From: a virus | DNA: 39,642 nt | Direction: 5' to 3' (one strand) | IMG/VR virus record: IMGVR_UViG_3300021255_000026 | Shown: in pieces, positions 28,052 through 34,747 of the stretch | Numbering within the stretch: position 1 is the first letter of the stretch | Layout of the letters: each line of letters starts with the position of its first letter | Translations under genes and position numbers: made by a program | The notes under the pieces: generated by a model | Told to the model about the DNA's origin: nothing | The model's database searches: none | The model's input: only the letters and a program-made list of their open reading frames with translations

Positions 28052-29233
28052 ATGGTAACATTATCTGGGTTATTGGAAGCGTATTACGATTGTAGGCGTA
28101 ACAAACGGCATACAGCGAGCGCGATTGTTTACGAAATGGATTACGAGAGCAAGTTAATTGCCCTACGTGACCGGGTAAACGCGCGTACCTATCAGCCCGG
28201 TAAATCCATTTGTTTTGTCGTGACGCGGCCACGCTATCGAGAAGTGTTTGCCGCCTCATTTGAGGATCGTATAATACACCATTATATCGCTTTACGGTTG
28301 GAGCCGTTATTTGAGCAAGTATTTTGCGATCGTACGTTTAATTGCAGAAAGGAAAAAGGGCAACTGTACGGCGTGCAGATCCTTAAAAACGATCTGATCG
28401 AAATAAGCCAGAATTATACGCGCGATTGTTACATAATGAAATTGGATCTTTCCGGTTTCTTTATGAGTATAGACAAAGATCTGTTAGCCGGTAAGATCGC
28501 CCGGTTTGTCGCTGATTACTACGAGGGCGACGACAAAGAGGATCTGATCAGGCTTTGCCAGATCGTCGTATTACACCGGCCGGAGTTGAATTGTGAGAGA
28601 CACAGCCCGGCGGAATATTGGAATTATTTACCGGCTAACAAATCCCTGTTTACTAACGGAGAGGGCAAGGGCGTTGCGATCGGCAACCTATTTGCTCAAC
28701 TTTTCGCAAATTTCCTGTTAAACGATTTGGATTGGTTTATCGAGGATCTGGGTATAAAATACCACGGCCGATACGTGGACGATTTTTATATGATCCACGA
28801 AGATAAAGAAACCCTGTTGGGCGCAGTACCGAAGATCCGCGAGAAGTTGGCCACGTTGGGCCTGAAACTAAACGAGAAAAAGTTTTATTTGCAGCACTAT
28901 ACAAAGGGCGTTGAGTTTACCGGATCAATCGCAAAGCCCGGCCGCGTTTACACCTGTAATCGTACGATCGCCAACTTTGTATCGGCGGTTATGCAATTCA
29001 ATTTGGCGAAGAATATCCGGGAGATCCGCCACGGCGTTTGCCGGATCAATTCATATTTAGGGCTGTTGAGGCATACCAACGAATACGGTATGCGCCGTAA
29101 GATCTTAGATATGATCGACAGGAGCAAATACGAATACGTCTATATCAAAGGACGTTACGAGATATTGAGTTTGAAACGTAAGTACAACCAAAGGCACGAA
29201 ACATATAAAAGAATAAGAGATGGCGATTATTGA
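28052..29233 (+). CDS. DGR reverse transcriptase
   Basis: Motifs are FEDRIIHH, KLDLSGFFMSID, IGNLFAQLFANFLLNDLD and YVDDF. The ATG at 28052 (MVTLSGLLEAYYDCRRNK) is preferred to the track start at 27956, which lies inside the TR. Confidence 0.9.
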   Translation: MVTLSGLLEAYYDCRRNKRHTASAIVYEMDYESKLIALRDRVNARTYQPGKSICFVVTRPRYREVFAASFEDRIIHHYIALRLEPLFEQVFCDRTFNCRKEKGQLYGVQILKNDLIEISQNYTRDCYIMKLDLSGFFMSIDKDLLAGKIARFVADYYEGDDKEDLIRLCQIVVLHRPELNCERHSPAEYWNYLPANKSLFTNGEGKGVAIGNLFAQLFANFLLNDLDWFIEDLGIKYHGRYVDDFYMIHEDKETLLGAVPKIREKLATLGLKLNEKKFYLQHYTKGVEFTGSIAKPGRVYTCNRTIANFVSAVMQFNLAKNIREIRHGVCRINSYLGLLRHTNEYGMRRKILDMIDRSKYEYVYIKGRYEILSLKRKYNQRHETYKRIRDGDY

Positions 29234-29369
29234 GGTACAACCAGAGGCCCCGATCACGTTACGCGTTGACGTTATCGATATGGGGCTTTTACACCTATTG
29301 GAATCCCGGTACGTGGTTTTGATAGAGCAACGCGAAAACGATATTGTTATTGAACTCTATAAAAAGTAA
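29220..29369 (+). CDS. Small hypothetical ORF (49 aa)
   Basis: Hand translation gives MAIIEVQPEAPITLRVDVIDMGLLHLLESRYVVLIEQRENDIVIELYKK. It overlaps the RT stop by 14 nt. Confidence 0.25.
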   Translation: MAIIEVQPEAPITLRVDVIDMGLLHLLESRYVVLIEQRENDIVIELYKK

Positions 29370-29373
29370 TGTT

Positions 29374-29736
29374 ATGGACTACTCAAACATCATTGAATTA
29401 GCGGCCGCGATGGGTACGGCGATCGGCGGTTGGGAATTTATTAAGTATATGCTTAATATCCGTACTAACAAACGTAAGGAGAAATCGGAGGCCGATAAGG
29501 CACAATCCGAGGCCAAAAGCGAGGACTTTAAGGTATTGCGCGAAACCACGGAGTTTTTGCAGCAACAATTAAAGGACAAAGAGGAACGTTTTGCAAGTCA
29601 GACAGACCGGCTTAGAAAGGTACAGGACGATTATTTTGAGTTGTTACAGAAGAACGCCCAAACAGAGTTGGATTTGCAGCGTTTTCGATGTGTGCGCCCT
29701 AAATGCGCACAAAGAGAACCAAAAAACGGATATTGA
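29374..29736 (+). CDS. Membrane-anchored coiled-coil protein, possible holin or lysis accessory
   Basis: The ATG at 29374 (MDYSNIIELAAAMGTAIGGWEFIKYML) gives one N-terminal hydrophobic helix and then a charged coiled coil. It lies directly upstream of the endolysin gene. Confidence 0.4.
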   Translation: MDYSNIIELAAAMGTAIGGWEFIKYMLNIRTNKRKEKSEADKAQSEAKSEDFKVLRETTEFLQQQLKDKEERFASQTDRLRKVQDDYFELLQKNAQTELDLQRFRCVRPKCAQREPKNGY

Positions 29737-29763
29737 TTAATAACCCCTAAAACATTTATTATT

Positions 29764-30339
29764 ATGGCAAGATGTGAGAATTTAGTACGGTTTATCCTGA
29801 AATGGGAAACCGGTGTATCAGACGAAAGAATGGCAAACGAGCCCCTGTTTGAAAAAGCCAAGAAAAAAGGCTTTGCCAACGATCCGTCAGATCTGGGAGG
29901 CGCGACAATGTGCGGTATTACCCTAAAGACGTACACAGAGTATCGTAAGCGTAAGGGCCTGACAAAACCAACAGTCGAGGATCTGAAAGCCATATCGTAC
30001 GGCGAATGGCTCGAAGTACTTAAAACGATGTTCTGGGATCGATGGAAAGCCGACCAGATCCAAAACCAGAGCGTCGCCAATTTCTTAGTCGATTGGGTAT
30101 GGTCAAGCGGCGTTTACGGTATCAAGTTACCACAAAAAGTACTTAACGTATCGATCGACGGCGTGGTTGGCCCCAAGACGCTTGCAGCCATTAACGAAAA
30201 GGATCCGGCGATTGTGTTTGGCCTGATGAAGCAGGAGCGTATCGACTATACGGAAAGGATCTGCAAGAGCCGGGCCCAAAACCGGAAATTCCGTACCGGA
30301 TGGCTCAACCGTATTAACGATCTGAAATACAAACCTTAA
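29764..30339 (+). CDS. Endolysin, GH108-like muramidase with a PG_binding_3-like C terminus
   Basis: The motifs are WETG...NDPSDLGGATMCGITL and DGVVGPKTLAAIN. Confidence 0.85.
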   Translation: MARCENLVRFILKWETGVSDERMANEPLFEKAKKKGFANDPSDLGGATMCGITLKTYTEYRKRKGLTKPTVEDLKAISYGEWLEVLKTMFWDRWKADQIQNQSVANFLVDWVWSSGVYGIKLPQKVLNVSIDGVVGPKTLAAINEKDPAIVFGLMKQERIDYTERICKSRAQNRKFRTGWLNRINDLKYKP

Positions 30340-30350
30340 ATCCGGAGCGT

Positions 30351-30887
30351 ATGAAATATTTTGAGCGACAGTTAGGCACAGTTATTGCGATCATACTAAT
30401 TGCGATCTGTATTTGGTTTCTTTGCGGGTGCAAGGCGAAACAGACGGTTATCAAAGAGACCGTGGAAACGATCACCACAGACACCACAAAGACGACAACG
30501 GACAGTACGGCCGTTGAGATCAATATAACGGACACCACCAAGACAGAGACAACCGGAGGCGATAGCCTGATGATCGAGTTTGTCGATACCGGCGGATCCG
30601 TAACGATAGACAGTACCGGGGCCGTAACGCTTACAGGCGTTAAGGCTATTCGGGCCGGTGCAGTTTGGCAACAGAAACAGCAGGCCGGACGTACCGAGAC
30701 CGGAAAGACCGTTGAGACCGGAAAGAAAGAAGATAAGGGAATTTCGGCAAAGGAAAACAGGCGCACCGAAAAAGCCGAGAAAGCCGCCCGGCGTTGGTAC
30801 GAAAACGTACTTATCCGGATCGGAGGGCTTTGTTGTATCGCCGTTATTATCTGGGCCCTATTCCTTTATATCAAGCGTAAATTTTAA
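30351..30887 (+). CDS. Unimolecular spanin candidate (N-terminal lipoprotein signal plus C-terminal transmembrane helix)
   Basis: The N terminus has a lipobox-like IAICIWFLCGC, the middle is Thr-rich, and the C terminus IRIGGLCCIAVIIWALFLYIKRKF is hydrophobic. It lies directly after the endolysin gene. Confidence 0.55.
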   Translation: MKYFERQLGTVIAIILIAICIWFLCGCKAKQTVIKETVETITTDTTKTTTDSTAVEINITDTTKTETTGGDSLMIEFVDTGGSVTIDSTGAVTLTGVKAIRAGAVWQQKQQAGRTETGKTVETGKKEDKGISAKENRRTEKAEKAARRWYENVLIRIGGLCCIAVIIWALFLYIKRKF

Positions 30888-30914
30888 TGTTTTTCCGTAA
30901 AGAATAGTGTTTTG

Positions 30915-30945
30915 CCCGCGTCAGTCCGAGAGGGATAGACGCGGG
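30915..30945 (+). terminator. Hairpin between convergent genes (lysis operon and integrase)
   Basis: The stem is cccgcgtc ... gacgcggg (8 bp) with a 15-nt loop, followed by tactttta. The T tract is weak. Confidence 0.4.
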
Positions 30946-30968
30946 TACTTTTATAGAGTTGTTTTTAC

Positions 30969-32210
30969 CTATATGTTAAGAAATTCGTTTTTCTTTAACA
31001 CGTAATCGATCACTTTACGATTAGCCGCGTCCACTTTATCCCTGTTGTACTTAATATATACACCCGTCACCTTTGCGCCGTGAGAGTGGCCCAACGCTTC
31101 GCTAATCGTATCTTTGGGTATATCCAGATCGGCGGCGTACGTAGCCCACGAATAACGGGCCCAATACAGGGATAACGATTTTTCCAAAGGATCCATTTTT
31201 ATTTGCCCGTTACCGAACTTAACAGGATCGCCGTTTTTGTCGAGGGCCGGCGGCCCGATCCGGGTAAGGGCGTTATCGACTGTACCCTGATACGCTTTGT
31301 AATTGTGGTAATTATCGAAATGCCGGATAAGGTGCTTTGTACCCCTGTACCGGTTAATGATTTCCCACGCTTCGGGCTCGATCTTGATACTGTACAGTTT
31401 GCCGGTTTTGGCACGCCGGTATTCTATACGGCCGTTAACGATGTTATCGTTTGTCAGGCGCGAAAGATCGACGGTATTTATCCCGATCAGGTAAAACGTT
31501 AGCATAAATATATCTTGATACTCTTTATATTTATAGTGCAACGTCAGATCCCGGAATTGGCGCAGTTTCTCAATCGGCAAAACTCGCATACGCGTTTCTT
31601 CTGTTTTGATCCGGTAATGCCTGAATGGATCGTTAGCCGTCAGATCCCGATCGAGGGCGTAATTAACGGCCCGCTTTACAACCTTAACGTACGCGGCGCG
31701 GGTATTAACGGACGCGTCGGCCATTGAGGTAATAAAATCGTCGATCCACGCCGGCGTTATATCCTCACAATATACCTTAGAGGGATCGCCGATATATTTT
31801 TTAAGTCGCTCGATCGCGCTTTTGGCGATATACTTAGTATTATCCGCCCGGCCGTCCAAAGTACGTTGGATCAGATCGTACAGGGATGGAACGCCAACCG
31901 TCGGTTTTTTGAGATCCAGACGTGTAAGCATTTCCCGGAGTTGGGCCCGTGATAGTTTCGGCCATTGGCCGTTTTCTTTCAATTCCAAGATCCGGTTTGT
32001 TACGGTAGTCAATAAAGCCGTGAGGGTATCGTTAACGCGCTTTGCACCTTTGCCCGTACAGATCCGCGCGCGATCGTCCCAATCGGAGCCGGTAAGATAT
32101 ACGCCTGTATTCAGGTAGATATTAGTACCGTGGCCGACAACGATCTGTACCGGGTACGTACCATCTTTAAGGGCCCGCCGTTTGTCGAGGCGTAACGTAG
32201 ATCGTGCCAT
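30969..32210 (-). CDS. int: Tyrosine integrase with an N-terminal arm-binding domain (Bacteroidota phage/CTn type)
   Basis: 413 aa. The N terminus is LDKRRALKDGTYPVQIVV, and the C-terminal catalytic region is ARYSWATYA...LGHSHGAKVTGVYIKY. Confidence 0.9.
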   Translation of the reverse strand: MARSTLRLDKRRALKDGTYPVQIVVGHGTNIYLNTGVYLTGSDWDDRARICTGKGAKRVNDTLTALLTTVTNRILELKENGQWPKLSRAQLREMLTRLDLKKPTVGVPSLYDLIQRTLDGRADNTKYIAKSAIERLKKYIGDPSKVYCEDITPAWIDDFITSMADASVNTRAAYVKVVKRAVNYALDRDLTANDPFRHYRIKTEETRMRVLPIEKLRQFRDLTLHYKYKEYQDIFMLTFYLIGINTVDLSRLTNDNIVNGRIEYRRAKTGKLYSIKIEPEAWEIINRYRGTKHLIRHFDNYHNYKAYQGTVDNALTRIGPPALDKNGDPVKFGNGQIKMDPLEKSLSLYWARYSWATYAADLDIPKDTISEALGHSHGAKVTGVYIKYNRDKVDAANRKVIDYVLKKNEFLNI

Positions 32211-32233
32211 AATTACAGGATTACCGGGTTAAA

Positions 32234-32452
32234 AATTTGCTGAAAATTTGCTGAAAATCGCGCCAAAAAGTACCGAAATACGCCGTTTTTAGCCCATTTT
32301 TGGCCGCCCTGATATATACGGGATTTTTCGGAAACGCCCTGTAAATAAGGGTTTCCCGCGATAATCGCGCGATTTCCTTCTAATAATTTTGTTGTGTTCA
32401 TATCCTATTGATTTTCAATATTTTGTAAATACCTAAAATTTATTTGCTGAAA
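32234..32452. repeat. ATTTGCTGAAA direct repeats flanking a roughly 190-bp non-coding segment upstream of int, candidate arm sites or attP region
   Basis: The 11-mer occurs in tandem at 32234-32244 and 32245-32255, and again at 32442-32452. A 13-bp palindrome cgcgataatcgcg lies at 32357-32369. Confidence 0.35.
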
Positions 32453-32462
32453 ATTTGCAAAG

Positions 32463-32885
32463 TTACTGATCCAATATACCGTCGCCGTTTTCGTCTAAGA
32501 TCCCGTTATACTTATTAAATATATACGTACCGGATATTTCAGTAAATCCCGTACCACCGGCAACGTTATTTGGTAGTTTGCCCGATACGTTAGCCGAGAA
32601 CCGGCCCGCGTCCGAGAAAGAACAGGAAAAGATAAAATCGTTACCGGAAAAAACGAGATCCGGATATTGGCCAGAGGTAACGACGTTAACGTACTGACTA
32701 AACACGTACCCGCCATTAAATGCCGTGATCCGCCAACATTTCCCGTTACTTAATTCGGCGTTGATCAATAAGGCCCCGTTTTTGGCTACATACGAGCCCG
32801 TTGCGGCGTTTTCAGCGTCGCCGTGGTCAGTTGAGCAACCGGCCACAAACAAAAGCCACACAAACGATATAACGATTTGTTTCAT
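32463..32885 (-). CDS. Lipoprotein of unknown function in the lysogeny module
   Basis: The signal peptide MKQIVISFVWLLFVAGC has a canonical lipobox. Acidic residues follow the Cys (STDHGDAEN). Confidence 0.7.
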   Translation of the reverse strand: MKQIVISFVWLLFVAGCSTDHGDAENAATGSYVAKNGALLINAELSNGKCWRITAFNGGYVFSQYVNVVTSGQYPDLVFSGNDFIFSCSFSDAGRFSANVSGKLPNNVAGGTGFTEISGTYIFNKYNGILDENGDGILDQ

Positions 32886-32904
32886 TTGGGGTACATTGAT
32901 ATAA

Positions 32905-33213
32905 TTAAACAGCCGCTTTTTGGGGAGCCTGCGCCCCGATACGCTCGATCACCCGGTACAGCGTTTCGTTTTCGATCCGGAGCCGTTGCAATTCGCTATC
33001 CGGAGTTGAGCCGCGTAAAAGCCAATCGGCCGACAGATCCGGGAAAGCAGACAAGACAAGTAAAATTGTACTCGCAGACACGGCCGTATCGCCGTTTATC
33101 TGGCTATTAAGCGTTTTTTGGTTTACGCCAAAACGACGCGCTAATTGTGTCGGATTTGTGCCGTAATCCGATAGCGTTTGCCGTAGTCGCTCTTTTAATT
33201 TTGCTTCGTCCAT
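32905..33213 (-). CDS. XRE-family HTH repressor (CI-like)
   Basis: The HTH is NPTQLARRFGVNQKTLNSQINGD. It is transcribed divergently from the early operon. Confidence 0.8.
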   Translation of the reverse strand: MDEAKLKERLRQTLSDYGTNPTQLARRFGVNQKTLNSQINGDTAVSASTILLVLSAFPDLSADWLLRGSTPDSELQRLRIENETLYRVIERIGAQAPQKAAV

Positions 33214-33230
33214 TTGTTTACAAAAGTTAA

Positions 33231-33245
33231 ATAAGTAAGTAAATA
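33231..33245 (+). repeat. Operator-like 15-bp repeat ATAAGTAAGTAAATA (copy 1)
   Basis: Identical to 33307-33321. A degenerate copy lies at 33420-33439. TAAGTA/TACTTA hexamers recur across 33226-33440. Confidence 0.6.
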
Positions 33246-33265
33246 AGTATTTTTCTACTTAAAAA

Positions 33266-33297
33266 TTTGGCCGTTAGTAAAATTCTACTTATCTTTG
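33266..33297 (+). promoter_or_regulatory. Candidate Bacteroidota-type promoter for the early (lytic) operon
   Basis: TTTG at 33266-33269, a 20-nt spacer, then TAtcTTTG at 33290-33297. Confidence 0.55.
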
Positions 33298-33306
33298 CAC
33301 CCAGAT

Positions 33307-33321
33307 ATAAGTAAGTAAATA
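33307..33321 (+). repeat. Operator-like 15-bp repeat ATAAGTAAGTAAATA (copy 2)
   Basis: A perfect copy that lies just downstream of the + strand -7 element. Confidence 0.6.
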
Positions 33322-33385
33322 CTAAATCGGGACAAAAGAAAGGCCGTCGGACATCTAAGCCCAACCCAACAATCGATAGTAAGTG

Positions 33386-33417
33386 CAAAGATACGACGGT
33401 TTTTCTTAAATTCCAAA
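33386..33417 (-). promoter_or_regulatory. Candidate Bacteroidota-type promoter for the repressor / lysogeny operon
   Basis: On the minus strand, TTTG (plus caaa 33414-33417), a 20-nt spacer, then TAtcTTTG (plus caaagata 33386-33393). Confidence 0.5.
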
Positions 33418-33458
33418 AGATAAGTAAATAAATAAGTAATTTTTAACTATTTAAGGCA

Positions 33459-33653
33459 ATGGAAAGATTAACAAGAGAAGATTTGCGCCAAATGGCCATC
33501 GGAGAAACAAAAAATTTTCACCTACCGGACGCACAGGCGATCGACAACGCCGGTACGACCGCGTACCAATTACAGAACGTGGAGCGTTGTAAGTATTCCG
33601 TTTCTAAGGACTACCAGAACAACGTTATAACAATCACTAAGAACGCGATATGA
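33459..33653 (+). CDS. Hypothetical early protein
   Basis: First ORF of the rightward early operon. Confidence 0.5.
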   Translation: MERLTREDLRQMAIGETKNFHLPDAQAIDNAGTTAYQLQNVERCKYSVSKDYQNNVITITKNAI

Positions 33654-33862
33654 TAACGACACGACCGGAAGTAACACCAGACGGCCGTTATAATCAGAGA
33701 CAGGCCGCCGAGATCCTAAAGATCGACCGCCACACCCTGAAACGGTATGCGGAAAACGGGATCATTAAGTTTTGGATCCGGAAAGCCGGAAACGCCAAAG
33801 TTACGACCGGCGCGGAGATTATCAAATGTTGGGAATCCTGTTATTTAATGAAACCTATTTGA
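33650..33862 (+). CDS. HTH DNA-binding protein (excisionase/HTH_17-like or Cro-like)
   Basis: The motif is YNQRQAAEILKIDRHTLKRYAENGIIKF. Confidence 0.65.
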   Translation: MITTRPEVTPDGRYNQRQAAEILKIDRHTLKRYAENGIIKFWIRKAGNAKVTTGAEIIKCWESCYLMKPI

Positions 33863-33864
33863 GT

Positions 33865-33972
33865 ATGGTAACACAGATTATTATTAACGTTGTACTGTTT
33901 GCCCTTTGCGTGGCCGGTACGATTATCGTTGGTAAGGACATTAAGGCAATAGCCGACGAAATGAGTAAGTGA
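33865..33972 (+). CDS. Small membrane protein (35 aa)
   Basis: The internal ATG of track ORF 33772-33972 gives MVTQIIINVVLFALCVAGTIIVGKDIKAIADEMSK, with one hydrophobic helix. Confidence 0.3.
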   Translation: MVTQIIINVVLFALCVAGTIIVGKDIKAIADEMSK

Positions 33973-34202
33973 GTATGGCGAGATCGAGAACAGGCGAACC
34001 CCTGATCTTTCAGAGGCCAAGCAAGAAACAGGCAGAAAGGCGAATGGCGGCCCAATATCCGAGTGAATGGGAAAAGGTAAAGGAGTTACGCCAAACGTAC
34101 GGGATCCTGTACGAACTGAAAAAGGACGTTTTCGACAGGATCCTAAAAGAGACATTAAACGGCCTGATCATTGAGGGCCATTGTAAGAGACCAAAGTTTT
34201 AA
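33969..34202 (+). CDS. Hypothetical protein
   Basis: ORF whose start overlaps the upstream stop. Confidence 0.5.
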   Translation: MSMARSRTGEPLIFQRPSKKQAERRMAAQYPSEWEKVKELRQTYGILYELKKDVFDRILKETLNGLIIEGHCKRPKF

Positions 34203-34219
34203 TTTAACACTATTCGATT

Positions 34220-34744
34220 ATGAAAACAGATTTTAGTATTAACGTGCAGATCAATATCGGTGTAACCGATGAAGTCGTACAGTTGGTTACGGCAATTCTG
34301 CAAAATCGTACAATCGTTGGCGTTGTAGAACAACCCGCGATCGAAGCACCAACAGAGAAAACGCCCAGAGGGCGCAGTAAGAAAACCGCCGATCCAAAGC
34401 CGGCAGAAACCGCCACGGATCAGCCGGAGGAAACCCACGATCCGGAGCCCGAACCGGAGACAGAGGATCCCGGCAAAAAGGAGTTAACCGAGGAGGACGT
34501 ACGCGAGGCAATGGATCGCACACGCCGCCGTATCGAGGGAGAGGATTATAAAGAAAACACAGCCGGCGAACTGTATAAGAAGTACCACAAGCAGTTAACG
34601 GCAACGTTTAAGAATATTTCGGCCCTGTTAGGATCCGACAAGCCAAGCGCGTTGCCGGCCGACAAACGCGCCGACTTTATCAGCGAGTGCGATTTGCTCA
34701 TTGTGAACGATAAGGGAGAAATCACCAAACCAGAAGCGTTTTAG
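34220..34744 (+). CDS. Hypothetical protein (acidic, Pro/Glu-rich linker)
   Basis: ORF in the early or replication operon. Confidence 0.55.
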   Translation: MKTDFSINVQINIGVTDEVVQLVTAILQNRTIVGVVEQPAIEAPTEKTPRGRSKKTADPKPAETATDQPEETHDPEPEPETEDPGKKELTEEDVREAMDRTRRRIEGEDYKENTAGELYKKYHKQLTATFKNISALLGSDKPSALPADKRADFISECDLLIVNDKGEITKPEAF

Positions 34745-34747
34745 ACT

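Noticed and set aside
27891-28259. 122-aa minus-strand ORF covering the TR and the RT N terminus
   Set aside because: It lies antisense to the TR and RT. The open frame follows from the A-rich TR, which is T-rich on the minus strand and has few stop codons. There is no supporting signal.
29234-29300. Possible terminator hairpin after the RT gene (gcccc ... ggggc tttt)
   Set aside because: The stem is about 5 bp with a loop of more than 30 nt, and the region is also covered by a plausible small ORF (29220-29369).
32213-32401. 62-aa minus-strand ORF between int and the lipoprotein gene
   Set aside because: It has an odd composition, sits in a repeat-flanked region that looks regulatory, and has no recognisable motif. 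It is more likely non-coding (see the attP candidate).
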